From Escherichia phage vB_EcoS_Sponge, in sequence record NC_073081.1: a stretch of 44,887 bases of DNA; one strand, given 5' to 3'. Below the pieces are notes generated by a model. It saw nothing but the letters and a program-made list of their open reading frames with translations. It was not told the origin of the DNA and searched no databases. Shown here piece by piece: positions 44,109-44,887 of the stretch; positions within the stretch are counted from its first letter, which is position 1, and each line of letters begins with the position of its first letter. A program made the position numbers and the translations under genes.

Positions 44109-44834
44109 ATGGGTTATCAACTTCCTAACGGGTCTAGCGTCCAGATTGGGTCCGTACTGGGCAACGGCATCGCTGTTACGGCAGCTACCAACGCCGCCGC
44201 GTCGATCTCCGACCTTACGCAAGGTTGCGTAATTACCTGCGCGGAGTCTCACGGTCTGGCTGTTGGCGACGTTGTTATGTTCACTAAAACCCCGTGGGTC
44301 CGTGCGCTGAACCGCGCGTTCATCGTTGGTAAAGTATCGAGGAACGACGTTACACTGGCGCGCTTCGATACTCAAGACGCCACCAAATACCCGACCGGTG
44401 CTTTCGGCGTAGGCACACCAGGCGAGGTGGTGAAGGTGTCGAGCTTTATCGACTTCCCGTATATCACTAACGTTGCTGTGTCGGGTGGCGATCAGCAGAC
44501 GACTACCTTCCAGCCGTTGCAGGTGAATACCGCGATCAGTCTGAATACCACGAAAAACCCGTTGGTCCAGACCTACACTTTCACCCACGACGAAGAAGAC
44601 CCGATCCGCCCGATTCTGGAAGACCTGGACGACACACAGAAAACCACTGTGATTAAGTTCACTAACCCGGCAGCGGCAAGCGGCAAAGGTGAGATCCGCA
44701 TTTACCCGGCTAAGGTGTCTTTCCAGAAGATTCCATCGGCTGAAGTAAACAACGTGGAGACGGTGGAGTCCACTCTGACCATGCAATCCGATATGGTTAT
44801 TTACCGTAAGGACCTGGTTGAAGCGCTGTCGTAA
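44109..44834 (+). CDS. major tail protein
   Basis: 241-aa ORF with AGGAG SD, followed by strong terminator; lies just upstream, across the window junction, of the G/G-T chaperone and tape measure genes. Confidence 0.65.
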   Translation: MGYQLPNGSSVQIGSVLGNGIAVTAATNAAASISDLTQGCVITCAESHGLAVGDVVMFTKTPWVRALNRAFIVGKVSRNDVTLARFDTQDATKYPTGAFGVGTPGEVVKVSSFIDFPYITNVAVSGGDQQTTTFQPLQVNTAISLNTTKNPLVQTYTFTHDEEDPIRPILEDLDDTQKTTVIKFTNPAAASGKGEIRIYPAKVSFQKIPSAEVNNVETVESTLTMQSDMVIYRKDLVEALS

Positions 44835-44864
44835 TTTGGTCGCTTAAATAGCGGGTGTTAATAT

Positions 44865-44887
44865 GGGGCCAGTACGGCCCCTTTTTT
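44865..44887 (+). terminator. intrinsic terminator after major tail gene
   Basis: ggggcc-agtac-ggcccc followed by T6 at window end. Confidence 0.7.

Noticed and set aside
1-44887. Integrase, repressor, tRNA or rRNA genes
   Set aside because: None recognised by eye; absence of integrase and repressor is why I describe the phage as probably virulent, but this needs a search to confirm.

Overview
The window reads as an essentially complete, circularly permuted ~44.9-kb genome of a virulent tailed dsDNA phage (no integrase or repressor recognised). All calls rest on motifs, synteny and signals read by eye; no homology search was possible. Gene order: a tail module with lambda-like architecture (G/G-T chaperone with -1 frameshift, tape measure, M/L/K/I/J-like genes, a receptor-blocking-type lipoprotein, a fibre); a leftward early/replication operon (family A DNA polymerase, SNF2 helicase, VRR-NUC, Cas4/RecB-like exonuclease, DUF2815-like SSB, Dam-like and compact C5 methyltransferases, HNH-like, HAD phosphatase); then a rightward block with primase-helicase, small early genes, lysis cassette (membrane proteins + GH24 endolysin), terminase, portal, head morphogenesis protein, overlapping spanins, scaffold, major capsid, neck genes and major tail protein. 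The most unusual signals are non-coding. First, two separated iteron islands (698-1013 and 29061-29221) carry multiple GCGGGACA 8-mers plus an identical 56-bp double-hairpin core; the second lies directly after the primase-helicase gene, suggesting a P4 ori/crr-like bipartite origin. Second, the 9-mer GCAACCAAT occurs at least 15 times, almost only in intergenic DNA and in both orientations. Also notable: an HTH-metallophosphoesterase fusion just upstream of the terminase genes, acidic/basic tandem-repeat proteins, and a lone antisense gene inside the head module.
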